From NCBI GenBank assembly GCA_023667245.1, contig JAMPAL010000001.1:1317-65316 (forward strand): DNA of 64,000 bases, written 5' to 3'. Positions 1 through 10,051 of this stretch are shown in pieces (positions within the stretch are counted from its first letter, which is position 1; each line of letters opens with the position of its first letter). Source of the stretch: Anaeroplasma bactoclasticum. Its GTDB lineage: Bacteria > Bacillota_I > Bacilli_A > ML615J-28 > CAG-313. The notes beneath the pieces are model-generated. The model did not search any database, had not been told where the DNA came from, and saw only the letters and a list, made by a program, of their open reading frames with translations. The position numbers and the translations under genes are program-made.

Positions 1-426
1 ATTGATGAAATTATTCCCATTTTTGATGATATATCTGCCAAGACAGTTGGAGAATATTTTAACCTTTTCTTTGTGCGCTTATCAGAGACATTTGAGAAAA
101 ATGAATCGTATATACAAGCTATTCTTACACAAAATAAGTCTATGGATTATTTAGAAAATATTCGAATTCGTTTAAAAGAAAAAATTATGCAAACACCTTT
201 CTTGTATCAGCCCATATCACATTTACAAAACGCTTCCCTTATCATTGATTACCATGTCAGTGCGATTATTTATACTTATTCCAACTGGTTTAGAAATCTT
301 ATTCCTTGTGACATATACACTTTATCCTATACTTTATCTACCATATTGACACAGCAATTTGAATCTATCGCACTATCTGATTATTCAAAAAAGAGTAATG
401 TTTCGAAAAGAAAGGTACAGAACTAA
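1..426 (+). CDS. hypothetical protein, 3' part of an ORF entering from the left edge (possible TetR-type C-terminal effector domain)
   Basis: Frame 1 is open from base 1 (IDEIIPIFDDISAK...) into tracked ORF 73..426. The helical, aromatic-rich tail loosely resembles TetR C-terminal domains. The N-terminus is off-window. Confidence 0.45.
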   Translation: MDEIIPIFDDISAKTVGEYFNLFFVRLSETFEKNESYIQAILTQNKSMDYLENIRIRLKEKIMQTPFLYQPISHLQNASLIIDYHVSAIIYTYSNWFRNLIPCDIYTLSYTLSTILTQQFESIALSDYSKKSNVSKRKVQN

Positions 427-439
427 TCTGTACCTTTTT

Positions 440-2551
440 CTATTGTTCTTTTACATACAATTTGCCTTTATAATCTACAAGATAGTGATGATGCGGCTCG
501 ATGCTTGATGCTATGACTTGTTTAGCTAGTTCTGTTTCAATATATTTTTGAATAAAACGTTTAATTGGTCTTGCACCAAAAGTAGTATTGTAACTGTGAT
601 CAATAATGAATTTCTGAACTGAATCCGTGAATTCAAGATAAATCGCATTTTTTTGTAGACGCCATTTTAAATCTGCCAGCAATTTATCTACAATTCTAAC
701 TTGCACTTCATAAGATAATGGATTGAACATTACAATTTCATCAATACGATTTAAAAACTCAGGTCTAAAGTGACGATGTACTTCTTCTAGTACTTTTTCA
801 TTCGCATTTTCTTGTTGATTCAATAAATATTCACTACCTAGATTGGAAGTCATAATAATAATGGTATTTTTGAAATCGACTGTTCTTCCTTGTGAGTCTG
901 TCACTCTACCATCATCTAATATTTGTAAAAGGACATTGAAAATATCTCTATGTGCTTTTTCTACTTCATCAAATAAAATAATAGAATAGGGTTTTCTTCT
1001 AACCGCCTCAGTCAATTGACCACCTTCATCATAGCCAACATACCCAGGAGGAGCACCTATTAAACGGGAAACAGAGTGTGGTTCCATATACTCACTCATA
1101 TCAAATCGAACAATGTGTGACTCACTATCAAACAATGCTTCAGCTAAACTTTTGCATACTTCTGTTTTGCCGACACCTGTTGGCCCTAAAAACAAAAACG
1201 ATCCAATCGGTTTATTTTCATCTTTGATACCTGAACGTTGTCGAATAATCGCATCACTCACTAATTCTAGTGCTTGATCTTGACCGATGACCCTTTTTGA
1301 AAGAACATCCTTTAATCCCAATAATTTTTCTTTATCCCCTTGAACTAGTTTAGAAACAGGTATACCTGTTGATTTGGAGATGATATCCGCAATGTCATTT
1401 TCAGTAACAACTTCAGAAATCATTTTATCTGATGTGGTTTTGGCCTCATAAGCCGCAATTTCTTTTTCCAGGTTTGGAATAATTTTATAAATCAATTCGC
1501 CAGCCCGATTATAATCTGCTTTAAGCAGCACATCATCATATTCTTTTCGATATGTTTCTAATTGTTTTTGCTTTTCTTTGATGTCTGCTAATTCTTTCTT
1601 TTCTTGCGCCCATCTTTGTTTCATTTCTTCAGCAAGCTTGCCTTTATCATTTAATTCCATATTGATTTTGGAAAGACGATCTTTAGAAAGTGCATCTTTT
1701 TCTTTTTCTAATGCAGTTTTTTCAATTTCTAGTTGCATGATTTGGCGCTGTAACAAATCCAATTCATTCGGCATTGAGTTCATTTCTGTTCGAATGGATG
1801 CACAGGCTTCATCTATTAAGTCAATGGCTTTATCTGGTAGGAAACGATCTGTAATATACCGGTTTGATAATGTGACTGACGCAATGATAGCAGGATCAGA
1901 TATTCTTACGCCATGGAAAACTTCAAATCGATTTTTGAGCCCTCTTAAAATACTAATAGTATCTTCTACAGTCGGTTCATTGATATAAACCTTTTCAAAA
2001 CGTCTTTCTAGAGCAGAATCTTTTTCAATATAATTTCGATATTCATTGAGTGTTGTTGCACCAATACAGTGTAACTCACCACGTGCAAGCATTGGCTTTA
2101 ACATATTGCTTGCATCTAATGCGCCATCTGCACGACCTGCTCCAACAATTAAATGGATTTCATCGATGAACAAAATGATTTCACCATTTTTTTCTTTAAT
2201 TTTATTTAAAACCGCTTTTAATCTTTCTTCAAATTCACCACGATATTTTGCTCCAGCAACAAGAGCCCCCATATCTAATTCATAAATATGGCAATGTTTC
2301 AAATTTTCTGGTACATCTTCTTTTACAATACGAGAAGCAAGACCTTCAATGATTGCGGTTTTTCCAACACCAGGTTGACCAATTAAAATCGGGTTATTTT
2401 TGGTCTTTCTGGCTAAAATTTTCACAATACGAAGAATTTCTTCTTCTCTACCGATAACAGGATCAATTTTTCCGAGTTTAACTTGTTCTGTTACATCACG
2501 GCCGAATTTTTCTAAGATTTTTTCATCTTTGGAATAATCTTGCATTTCCAT
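440..2551 (-). CDS. clpB: ClpB-type Hsp100 disaggregase with two AAA+ modules and no Clp_N domain
   Basis: 703 aa. D1 has Walker A GQPGVGKT and Walker [10 protein letters not shown] long coiled-coil middle domain follows. D2 has Walker A GPTGVGKT, Walker [11 protein letters not shown] and sensor GARPIKR. An RBS (AGAGGTG) and a CIRCE element lie upstream. Confidence 0.95.
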   Translation of the reverse strand: MEMQDYSKDEKILEKFGRDVTEQVKLGKIDPVIGREEEILRIVKILARKTKNNPILIGQPGVGKTAIIEGLASRIVKEDVPENLKHCHIYELDMGALVAGAKYRGEFEERLKAVLNKIKEKNGEIILFIDEIHLIVGAGRADGALDASNMLKPMLARGELHCIGATTLNEYRNYIEKDSALERRFEKVYINEPTVEDTISILRGLKNRFEVFHGVRISDPAIIASVTLSNRYITDRFLPDKAIDLIDEACASIRTEMNSMPNELDLLQRQIMQLEIEKTALEKEKDALSKDRLSKINMELNDKGKLAEEMKQRWAQEKKELADIKEKQKQLETYRKEYDDVLLKADYNRAGELIYKIIPNLEKEIAAYEAKTTSDKMISEVVTENDIADIISKSTGIPVSKLVQGDKEKLLGLKDVLSKRVIGQDQALELVSDAIIRQRSGIKDENKPIGSFLFLGPTGVGKTEVCKSLAEALFDSESHIVRFDMSEYMEPHSVSRLIGAPPGYVGYDEGGQLTEAVRRKPYSIILFDEVEKAHRDIFNVLLQILDDGRVTDSQGRTVDFKNTIIIMTSNLGSEYLLNQQENANEKVLEEVHRHFRPEFLNRIDEIVMFNPLSYEVQVRIVDKLLADLKWRLQKNAIYLEFTDSVQKFIIDHSYNTTFGARPIKRFIQKYIETELAKQVIASSIEPHHHYLVDYKGKLYVKEQ

Positions 2552-2566
2552 ATGTTTTTCACCTCT

Positions 2567-2593
2567 TTAGCACTCTCTTATCTAGAGTGCTAA
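2567..2593 (-). promoter_or_regulatory. CIRCE operator (HrcA binding site) in the clpB leader
   Basis: Perfect inverted repeat TTAGCACTC-N9-GAGTGCTAA, identical to the CIRCE consensus, located between the -10 box and the clpB RBS. Confidence 0.9.
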
Positions 2594-2597
2594 TATT

Positions 2598-2625
2598 ATT
2601 ATACCCCTTTTTTTCAATTTGTCAA
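2598..2625 (-). promoter_or_regulatory. sigma-A type promoter of clpB
   Basis: On the minus strand: TTGACA (2620..2625), a 16-nt spacer, then TATAAT (2598..2603), immediately upstream of CIRCE. Confidence 0.75.
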
Positions 2626-2640
2626 GAGGTTTTGAAAAAA

Positions 2641-2682
2641 TTTTTAAAAAAATCAGTTCAAGGCAAAATCCTTGAACTGATT
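2641..2682 (-). terminator. intrinsic terminator after the MarR/MacB-like ABC operon
   Basis: 13-bp stem AATCAGTTCAAGG / CCTTGAACTGATT with a 6-nt loop, followed on the minus strand by TTTTT. Confidence 0.75.
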
Positions 2683-2685
2683 CAT

Positions 2686-5358
2686 TTATTCGGAACGAAG
2701 TGCATTCACTGGATCCATCTTAGCTGCAGAGCGAGATGGAACAAGTCCAGAAACGAGTGTCAATAAAATACTAATGGAAACCATAATAATAGCTTGAACT
2801 ATCGTTAAATGAACCAGTGAGTAAAGACCACTCAAGCTACCAATAATCATATTGGCAATAAAAGAAATCAAGTAAGTAATACCTACACCAAATAATCCAG
2901 ATACACCCCCAATAATAAATGTTTCCGCATTAAATAAGTGCGCAACATCCTTCTTTCTACCACCCAGTGAACGAATTACACCAATTTCTTTAACCCGTTC
3001 TACTACAGATACATAAGTAATGATGCCAATCATCACGGTAGATACAATAAGAGAAATCGCGGTAAAAGCAATAAGCGCAGTTGTAATAATATTAATCATC
3101 GTATTGATCATAGAAATGACAATCGATAAAGTATCCGTATACGTCACTTGTGGGCGCTGATCTTTAGTTAATGTTTGATTATTCACAACTAAATCTCCAT
3201 CATTATTCCAGGCATCTAGGTAAGATAGTACCGATTTTTTAATTTCAAAGTTTTTTGGATAAATAGAAATACTATTAGGCAAATCATTTCCTGCAACATT
3301 GCGAAGGGATAATGTATAAAGGGAAATACTAGCCCCACCGCCTAATCCTGGCATCATACTGCTAAGCATTGAATTCATAGACTGACTACCTACAAAACCA
3401 GTTCCTGTTTTACGTGTACCTTCATATAGATATTCAAACTCATACATTACACCAGATGTGATTCCATTCATAGAGCCACTCTTGATTTCTTGTTCTTCTA
3501 GATCTTGCATATAAGTGACAATTTCACTATCTTTGTTCTGTTCTAACATATAGGTAGTTAAAGCTGGTGTATAATAGAAACCACTATACAAAGAGCCATA
3601 ATTTTTGCCTTCTTTGGGACGCAGGATACCCACTACATTTAGTTCAACTCCCTCAGTTGTAAATTCTTCCGCATAGGCTTCATAAGTAAATGGTTTTCTA
3701 AGATCATAGTTTCTTGTATAAATTTGATCATTTGGATAATAGTAAAACTTCTTTCCTAATAGTTCCTCATATGAAAATTCATTTTTATCTAGAGCTTCAT
3801 TGTAAGATGGTGCACCAAATGCTTTGAATGCCATATTTAAAAATTGTTCCTGATTGTAATACCCTAGTTGTGCAAGCACCAAATCCGTCAATAGGGTCTC
3901 ATCATTCACAACAACAAGAATCTCATTTTTCTCTCTTGCCATTTTACCCGTTAATAAATCGTATTGTTCTAAAATATAATCTTCATTGTTTAAAGATTGA
4001 CCGATTGGGTGAGATAATGTAGAAATAAGTGATGCGGCATCTTTATAATCAGTTTCTTGAAGCATCGCTTGATAAATATCTTTGATTGCCGCAAGAGAGG
4101 TTATTCTAGAGTCATTATCCTTATTTTCTGAAAAATCTGTATATATATTATATTCTACATTAATTCCATACCCATAAGACATACATTCAATATATTCTTT
4201 AGGCATTTTTTCTAAATAATCTATATACTCTTTTTCAATTTGATTGGTTACCATAATCGATTGCATCGTCTCAGCTTGTTTTGCAATGGTTTGCAACATG
4301 GAATTCACACCTACAAAACCGTTTTTAACAACAATCTCCATTTTCTCAAAATTACTCATACTATTCATCATTGCATTGATATCATATGCTTGCTCAGAAA
4401 TAGTGATTGGATTGCCTGATAGCATATCGTTTTGTAAATCATCAATATAATTGCTAATACCTGTTGATATCGCTAAAACCAAAGAAACACCAATAATTCC
4501 AATTGAACCTGCTAGTCCTACCATTAATGTTCTTTTGAACTTGCTCAATAAATTACGGAATGACAATTTAAAGGCAGTCCAAAAAGACATTTTCGCTTTT
4601 TCCTGATTTTTATTTTTGGAAGGAATACCTAGCATAGGTGTAGTATGATCATTATCTCTTTCTGATGCTTCTTCTTGTTCACTACAAGGATTAGAATCAT
4701 CTTCTACTTTCCCGTCTAATAATTTTACAATACGAGTAGAATACTTTTGAGCTAACTCTGGATTATGTGTGACCATAATGACCAATTTTTCCTTTGAGAT
4801 TTCTTTGATTAAATCCATAATTTGAACAGATGTTGTGGTATCTAGTGCACCAGTTGGTTCGTCCGCAAGCAAAATCTCTGGTTCATTGACAAGAGCCCTA
4901 GCGATGGCTACCCTTTGACATTGTCCACCAGATAATTGATTGGGTTTTTTATTGTATTGTCCTTTTAAACCTACTTTATCTAGTGCCTTTTTAGCTCTAT
5001 CTACTCTTTCTGCTTTTTCCATTCCCGCAATCGTTAAAGCGAGTTCTACATTTTCTACAATGGTTTGATGGGGAATCAAATTATAACTTTGAAAAATAAA
5101 GCCAATACGATGATTTCGGTAGACATCCCATGCACGATCATTAAACTCCTTAGTTGAAACACCATTAATCACTAAATCACCTGATGTATATTTATCCAAC
5201 CCACCAATAATGTTGAGCAAGGTTGTTTTTCCACAACCAGATGGACCTAAAATAGATACAAACTCATTTTTTCGAAATTGGAGTGTTACACCCTTTAACG
5301 CTTCTACTTTGGTATCTCCCATGACATATGTTTTTTGAATATGACTTAGTTTTAACAT
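2686..5358 (-). CDS. fused ABC transporter ATP-binding/permease protein (MacB/FtsX-type)
   Basis: 890 aa. The N-terminal ATPase has Walker A GPSGCGKT, signature LSGGQCQR and Walker B LLADEPTGALD. It is followed by a TM helix, a large extracytoplasmic domain and a C-terminal FtsX-like 4-TM region. Confidence 0.9.
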   Translation of the reverse strand: MLKLSHIQKTYVMGDTKVEALKGVTLQFRKNEFVSILGPSGCGKTTLLNIIGGLDKYTSGDLVINGVSTKEFNDRAWDVYRNHRIGFIFQSYNLIPHQTIVENVELALTIAGMEKAERVDRAKKALDKVGLKGQYNKKPNQLSGGQCQRVAIARALVNEPEILLADEPTGALDTTTSVQIMDLIKEISKEKLVIMVTHNPELAQKYSTRIVKLLDGKVEDDSNPCSEQEEASERDNDHTTPMLGIPSKNKNQEKAKMSFWTAFKLSFRNLLSKFKRTLMVGLAGSIGIIGVSLVLAISTGISNYIDDLQNDMLSGNPITISEQAYDINAMMNSMSNFEKMEIVVKNGFVGVNSMLQTIAKQAETMQSIMVTNQIEKEYIDYLEKMPKEYIECMSYGYGINVEYNIYTDFSENKDNDSRITSLAAIKDIYQAMLQETDYKDAASLISTLSHPIGQSLNNEDYILEQYDLLTGKMAREKNEILVVVNDETLLTDLVLAQLGYYNQEQFLNMAFKAFGAPSYNEALDKNEFSYEELLGKKFYYYPNDQIYTRNYDLRKPFTYEAYAEEFTTEGVELNVVGILRPKEGKNYGSLYSGFYYTPALTTYMLEQNKDSEIVTYMQDLEEQEIKSGSMNGITSGVMYEFEYLYEGTRKTGTGFVGSQSMNSMLSSMMPGLGGGASISLYTLSLRNVAGNDLPNSISIYPKNFEIKKSVLSYLDAWNNDGDLVVNNQTLTKDQRPQVTYTDTLSIVISMINTMINIITTALIAFTAISLIVSTVMIGIITYVSVVERVKEIGVIRSLGGRKKDVAHLFNAETFIIGGVSGLFGVGITYLISFIANMIIGSLSGLYSLVHLTIVQAIIMVSISILLTLVSGLVPSRSAAKMDPVNALRSE

Positions 5359-5798
5359 GATTCTTTACTACCTCCTTCTATGTTGTTAATGCTTTCATTC
5401 ATCTGTTTGGCTAAATCCAAAAACATTTGATACTTTTCTTCTCCCATTTTACCTTTTACGTTTTCTAAAAAGGGTTGATAAATCAAGCAAAGTTCATCTA
5501 ACACTTTGGTCGCTTTTTTGGTCAAACGGATATAAAAACTTTTTTTATTGTCTGCTGCAGGTTCTTTTATAATCAATCTTTTGATAGATAAACAAACAAT
5601 AGCTTGTGATACAGCTGATCTAGAAATTCCTAGCTCACTAGATAATTTTGATACATTCATATCTTTTTCTTTAGCTAGACCTAACATCATAAATTCTACA
5701 TAATTCAAACGCATTTTTAGACAAGCTTTGGAAATGACATCTTCCATTTTCTTATTGAGTTTATACAAATCGATTAAAATGGTATTTTTATCTTCCAT
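5352..5798 (-). CDS. MarR-family transcriptional regulator
   Basis: Winged-HTH region (VSKLSSELGISRSAVSQAIVCLSIKRLI). I chose the start MEDKNT (ATG at 5798) because it follows the RBS AGAGGGGG. The tracked ORF extends to 5864 without an RBS. The stop overlaps the start of the ABC gene. Confidence 0.85.
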   Translation of the reverse strand: MEDKNTILIDLYKLNKKMEDVISKACLKMRLNYVEFMMLGLAKEKDMNVSKLSSELGISRSAVSQAIVCLSIKRLIIKEPAADNKKSFYIRLTKKATKVLDELCLIYQPFLENVKGKMGEEKYQMFLDLAKQMNESINNIEGGSKESC

Positions 5799-5899
5799 AA
5801 AAGACCCCCTCTTAAAAGTTGTTAAGTTCTTAACAAGTATACAACAGAATAGAAAAAAAGTCAATATCTGATTTGATGAAAATGTTTACAAAAAATAGA

Positions 5900-5939
5900 T
5901 ATCAAAAAGCTTATATCATTGAAAGATATAAGCTTTTTT
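5900..5939 (-). terminator. intrinsic terminator after the TetR/ABC-2 operon
   Basis: 14-bp stem AAAAAGCTTATATC / GATATAAGCTTTTT with a 7-nt loop, abutting the permease stop codon. Confidence 0.7.
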
Positions 5940-5940
5940 C

Positions 5941-6795
5941 TTATTTTCGATGAGACCGAATGCTTTGATAAAGCACCATCCAAGTACATCCTAGGGTAAT
6001 ACCCATATATATCATTACTACACCAATATGTACCCACCATATATCTAGACCATTATACAAAACCGATATACCTAAGGCCTCATATAATTCTATTTCAGAT
6101 TGAAATGACGCCAAAGCGGTTGGATAAAAACCCAGCGCAATATCTTGTGTAAAAGTAACCATATGGTAAAATGGCAAAAACTGAACAACTTTTTTAAGCA
6201 CAGGTATGGTCGCTAAGGGCATAAACATACCTGATCCGATTGCGGTAAGATTAATCCCCAAACTAGCTAAACCTCCTACTGCTTTATCCGATACCAATAA
6301 CCCCATACAAAGACCAAAACTGATGAAAAAGAAAGAAAAAAATAATCCTACGATAAAACTGCCTATCACATCAATGGAAAATAGATGAAATGATACTGGA
6401 GTAAATAAGCTCATCATACTTCCTAAGCCATATACTAAAATAGACTGAAAAAAAGCAATTTCTAATAATGGTAAAAAATAACCTAGAAAAAACTGATAGA
6501 GTTTAAGAGGTGAAATACACAATCTTGAAAAAAAGGCTTCGCTTCTATCTTTGGCTATCATCATTCCCGAAAACAGGCTCAGGAACGAATGTGCAAATAT
6601 AGCCATTGCAGGAATCAACTTATACGGATGAAACATTGAAACTTGTGTCTTTATTTCTATTTCTGTTTTTCCAAACAAAAAACAAAAGAAAAGCATTAAC
6701 ATTAAAATTGGAAATACAAAATTAAACACAAGTGATAAAGGATCTCGCAATATTTCTTTGCTATTTCTTTTTGCTAGTATCCATACTTTTGACAT
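5941..6795 (-). CDS. ABC-2 type transporter permease
   Basis: 284 aa, about 6 TM helices, typical ABC-2 N-terminus (ILAKRNSKEILRDPLSL). It lies directly downstream of its ATPase. Confidence 0.8.
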   Translation of the reverse strand: MSKVWILAKRNSKEILRDPLSLVFNFVFPILMLMLFFCFLFGKTEIEIKTQVSMFHPYKLIPAMAIFAHSFLSLFSGMMIAKDRSEAFFSRLCISPLKLYQFFLGYFLPLLEIAFFQSILVYGLGSMMSLFTPVSFHLFSIDVIGSFIVGLFFSFFFISFGLCMGLLVSDKAVGGLASLGINLTAIGSGMFMPLATIPVLKKVVQFLPFYHMVTFTQDIALGFYPTALASFQSEIELYEALGISVLYNGLDIWWVHIGVVMIYMGITLGCTWMVLYQSIRSHRK

Positions 6796-6799
6796 GTCC

Positions 6800-7513
6800 C
6801 TATTCCTCCTTTGTCGCTAAAGCAATGAAGGCAGCTTCTAACGTTGTCGCTTTTGTCTGCGTTTTGATTTCTTCAATTGTTCCTACTGCTTTGAGTGTTC
6901 CGTGATTGAGTATAGCAACTCGGTCACAAAGCGCTTCTATTTCTTCTAAATAATGCGTTGTCAACAATATAGTCATTTTTCCTTTTAATGAAATTATTAA
7001 ACTCCAAAGTTCATGCCTAGCTAAAACATCTAAACCCAAAGTAGGCTCATCTAAAATCAATATCTGCGGATGAGTTACAATGGCCATTGCAATGGATAAT
7101 CTTCTTTGATAACCACCAGAAAGTGTACTTGCTCTTTGATGCCTCACTGCTTTTAACTGCAATTGTTCAAGCACATCTTCGATGCTTTCTTTATATGACT
7201 GATCACCATATAGCTGAGCCATGAACATCATATTTTCTTCGACTGTCAATTTTTTAGCAATGGCTTGTTCTTGAAAAGCAATATTGATGATACCCTTGTT
7301 TTTCGCTTCTATTACGCTATTTCCAAAAATACAAATACGACCAGAGGTGAGTGGAATTAGTCCTATTAATAAATGAATAAGCGTGCTTTTGCCAGCCCCG
7401 TTTACGCCTAAAAGGCCGAATAGCTCATGCTCATGAATCAAAAAGTTTACTTGATGAAGAGCAAGTTGTTTTTGATAATACTTAGTTACATTTTCAAACT
7501 CAATGATTCTCAT
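6800..7513 (-). CDS. ABC transporter ATP-binding protein
   Basis: Walker A GVNGAGKST, signature LSGGYQRR, Walker B ILILDEPTLGLD. Confidence 0.9.
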   Translation of the reverse strand: MRIIEFENVTKYYQKQLALHQVNFLIHEHELFGLLGVNGAGKSTLIHLLIGLIPLTSGRICIFGNSVIEAKNKGIINIAFQEQAIAKKLTVEENMMFMAQLYGDQSYKESIEDVLEQLQLKAVRHQRASTLSGGYQRRLSIAMAIVTHPQILILDEPTLGLDVLARHELWSLIISLKGKMTILLTTHYLEEIEALCDRVAILNHGTLKAVGTIEEIKTQTKATTLEAAFIALATKEE

Positions 7514-8069
7514 ATCTTACCTCCTTTTTTAATCCATTAAAGACATTGGTTAGCATCTTGGAGATGATTTCATCATCAAATTGAATGGTTTGTGTAACCA
7601 TCATTGTCGCAATACCGTGGACAAAAATCCATGTTTCTAATTGAAATAATCTTGCTTCTTCTTGACTGATGTGCGCAGAGGACGCTATCAATGACACTAA
7701 CATTTCATTTCTTGACTGTTCATCAATTTTCACATGCTGATAATCTTGATGTAGCGTATCCATAAATAAAAAACGAAACAAACGTGGTTCATCTTTAGCA
7801 AACTGAATATACTTCTTTCCGGTTCCTTTAAAGGGAAGTTCTTCTTGTAACCCTTCATCTATATAACTATGATATATTTGTAGTGCTTGCTTACGAATGG
7901 CTTCTTTAAGCGCTTCCATATTGTTAAACAGACGAAAAATGGGTTGAGTAGAGATATTCATTTTTTGAGCAAGTGATCTTGCATGAAGTGCTTCATGCCC
8001 TTCTTCTTTCACAAACTGTAGTCCCGCTTGAATGAGTTGTTCTTTGGTTATTTTAACCTTAGGTGGCAT
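7500..8069 (-). CDS. TetR/AcrR-family transcriptional regulator
   Basis: N-terminal HTH (LHARSLAQKMNISTQPIFRLFNNMEAL). I chose the start MPPKV (ATG at 8069), which lies 7 nt after AAGGAG. The tracked ORF runs to 8099. Confidence 0.85.
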   Translation of the reverse strand: MPPKVKITKEQLIQAGLQFVKEEGHEALHARSLAQKMNISTQPIFRLFNNMEALKEAIRKQALQIYHSYIDEGLQEELPFKGTGKKYIQFAKDEPRLFRFLFMDTLHQDYQHVKIDEQSRNEMLVSLIASSAHISQEEARLFQLETWIFVHGIATMMVTQTIQFDDEIISKMLTNVFNGLKKEVRYENH

Positions 8070-8152
8070 AGTCATACTCCTTTTACAATTAAATAACAAC
8101 TGTTATTTAATGAAATTATACTATAGAATAAAACATTTGTAAAAAGAAATGA

Positions 8153-8183
8153 TAAAAAAGAAACCAAGTTATCCCTTGATTTC
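8153..8183 (-). terminator. intrinsic terminator after the lipoprotein gene
   Basis: On the minus strand: GAAATCAAG-loop-CTTGGTTTC (one mismatch) followed by TTTTTT. Confidence 0.6.
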
Positions 8184-8202
8184 TTTTTTATCTATAGCTC
8201 AC

Positions 8203-9093
8203 CTAACAAATATAAAAAGCATATTCACAAAGACCCTGACTATATTTCACTTGAAGGATATAAATTTGATGCCGTTCTAAAGGAAGTTCTTTTTGCGTAA
8301 ACCACTTGGTTTGGAGCAGTTGTTGTTTGTTTCCACCAGATTCATCATAAGTGTATATTGTTAACTGTTCAAATGAATAGTTTAAATTGGCCGTCCATAG
8401 CACCAATGACCAGTTGTACTGACTATCCAATACAACCGGTTTTGAAAGTGCATAAGCTATATTATCTATACCTTCTTTTTTAGACTGATTCCATATATAG
8501 TTGGTTGGGCTTAGTGCTTCTCCTTGACTATAATTATTGTGATCATCTATATATTCATATGCAATATCAAAGTGGGGAGGATAAAGAATATCATTTGGTA
8601 ATGTACCAAATAAATCATATCCGTAAAGATGATAAAAGGCATAATCAGCCTTTTGAAAAATAGCCTCTGGTATATGGTTTTCTCCACTAGAATACTGAAT
8701 AGTCCCATCCACATAACTAATTTTCAATCTCCAACCTCCGCCATCATCTATCCCACCAGGTGATGGATATTTTTCTTTTAACTGAAGTAATCCAGTTTGA
8801 TGAATTTCATTCATAAATGTAGACACTTTTTCTATTGCAAATGTAAACTCTAATGAAAAAGCTGGCTTTTCTTCTTCTGGCATATATCCCCGGGAACGAA
8901 CCTCTCCTTTTTCCAAATCAACCACCTGTTCTTTGGTATATCCACCACAATAATCTATGGTAACATATTCTATATTAGCAATGGCTTTACCTTGATAATC
9001 AGCAGGAGTACAAGAATATAAAAACCCACATAATATAACTAAAAATAGCATAAGAATATATACGAATTTTGAATAACTCTTCCGTTTTAACAT
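8203..9093 (-). CDS. hypothetical lipoprotein
   Basis: 296 aa with a signal peptide and lipobox (LCGFLYS-C). I recognised no family. Confidence 0.6.
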   Translation of the reverse strand: MLKRKSYSKFVYILMLFLVILCGFLYSCTPADYQGKAIANIEYVTIDYCGGYTKEQVVDLEKGEVRSRGYMPEEEKPAFSLEFTFAIEKVSTFMNEIHQTGLLQLKEKYPSPGGIDDGGGWRLKISYVDGTIQYSSGENHIPEAIFQKADYAFYHLYGYDLFGTLPNDILYPPHFDIAYEYIDDHNNYSQGEALSPTNYIWNQSKKEGIDNIAYALSKPVVLDSQYNWSLVLWTANLNYSFEQLTIYTYDESGGNKQQLLQTKWFTQKELPLERHQIYILQVKYSQGLCEYAFYIC

Positions 9094-9157
9094 TTCTCAT
9101 TCCTCCTCATATATTATATCAAATTAACAAGACAATCATACTTGTACCAAGTATAAT

Positions 9158-10051
9158 TTACACATCTTGTGGTTGGGTAAGAGACTTTACATATGCTTCC
9201 GCATTTAAATTGACAATAGAGGTAGCTACTGTAAATAGACCTATTCCACAAACAAATGCCACTACTCTATTAAATAGGATGCCTAAAATTAAAATCATTG
9301 CTACTGCTATACATGCGATCAAGCTATTACTGATGCATAGTTGAATGATATTCTTCATTGTTACAATGGATTTAAATGATACTTTTTTCCATCCATGCAC
9401 AAGATAGGCTTCAAAAAGAGCAACAGCGCCCGATAATAGTAAACTAAAGAGGGTAAAAAGTAATCCACTTGGTAACCATAATCCGACAAACCACAGGCAA
9501 AGCGCAATTAAAGTTACATTAAGCATTGTATCAATGAAAGTAATGATAAAATATTTCCATAATTTTCTTCTTGCAATTGATCTTCGAATCCACATTTTCG
9601 TGAGTAAAATACCACTAATGAGTCCAACCAAAATAAAGAATAAGCCTACTATCGTAAGTGCAATCAATTGACCAAGCGCTTCTTGAATAAGGACTATAAT
9701 TTGTTCGATATAAACGCTATTTTCACCAATAACTTGAGTGATAGCATCATAGAAACATTGTTCTAACCAGTCAGTCGAAAACATCATTTGAATGGCTTCT
9801 TGATAGTTGCTCCAATCCAAATGAGCAATGGCATCTGTCATAGTTGTGTATAATACGGAAACATCCAATTGCGTATTTTGGCTCACTTGATTGACCCCAT
9901 TCACCAAATGACGAACGACTTCTAATAGACCTGGAATAAACAGTGTAAACGAAAAAACAATACCCAAGAATAACGTACCTAGTGGTGTAAAAACATATTT
10001 CAAGTGGATGAAAAAATGTTTCATGCCTTGACGAATCATTCTAATCCTCAT
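9158..10051 (-). CDS. hypothetical polytopic membrane protein
   Basis: 297 aa with several long hydrophobic helices. The start overlaps the stop of the upstream HAD gene. Confidence 0.6.
   Translation of the reverse strand: MRIRMIRQGMKHFFIHLKYVFTPLGTLFLGIVFSFTLFIPGLLEVVRHLVNGVNQVSQNTQLDVSVLYTTMTDAIAHLDWSNYQEAIQMMFSTDWLEQCFYDAITQVIGENSVYIEQIIVLIQEALGQLIALTIVGLFFILVGLISGILLTKMWIRRSIARRKLWKYFIITFIDTMLNVTLIALCLWFVGLWLPSGLLFTLFSLLLSGAVALFEAYLVHGWKKVSFKSIVTMKNIIQLCISNSLIACIAVAMILILGILFNRVVAFVCGIGLFTVATSIVNLNAEAYVKSLTQPQDV

Noticed and set aside
1578-2285. Plus-strand ORFs 1578..1988 and 2046..2285 inside clpB. The same pattern recurs for 3828..4022, 4244..4450, 6206..6388, 11053..11310, 16410..16637, 17979..18209, 19591..19797, 20031..20225, 36640..37236, 50859..51119, 55661..56314, 62617..62871 and 63558..63743.
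   Set aside because: These are antisense shadow ORFs fully embedded in strongly supported minus-strand genes. They have low-complexity Ser/Phe/Ile-rich translations, no RBS and no recognisable motifs.
5799-5864. N-terminal extensions of tracked ORFs: MarR to 5864, TetR to 8099, HAD to 10856, cdaA to 38131, ClpC-like to 45024, the zinc-ribbon gene from 49008, and others.
   Set aside because: In each case an internal ATG or GTG with a good Shine-Dalgarno sequence marks the start of the conserved domain. The extensions also cover promoters, terminators or the upstream gene.
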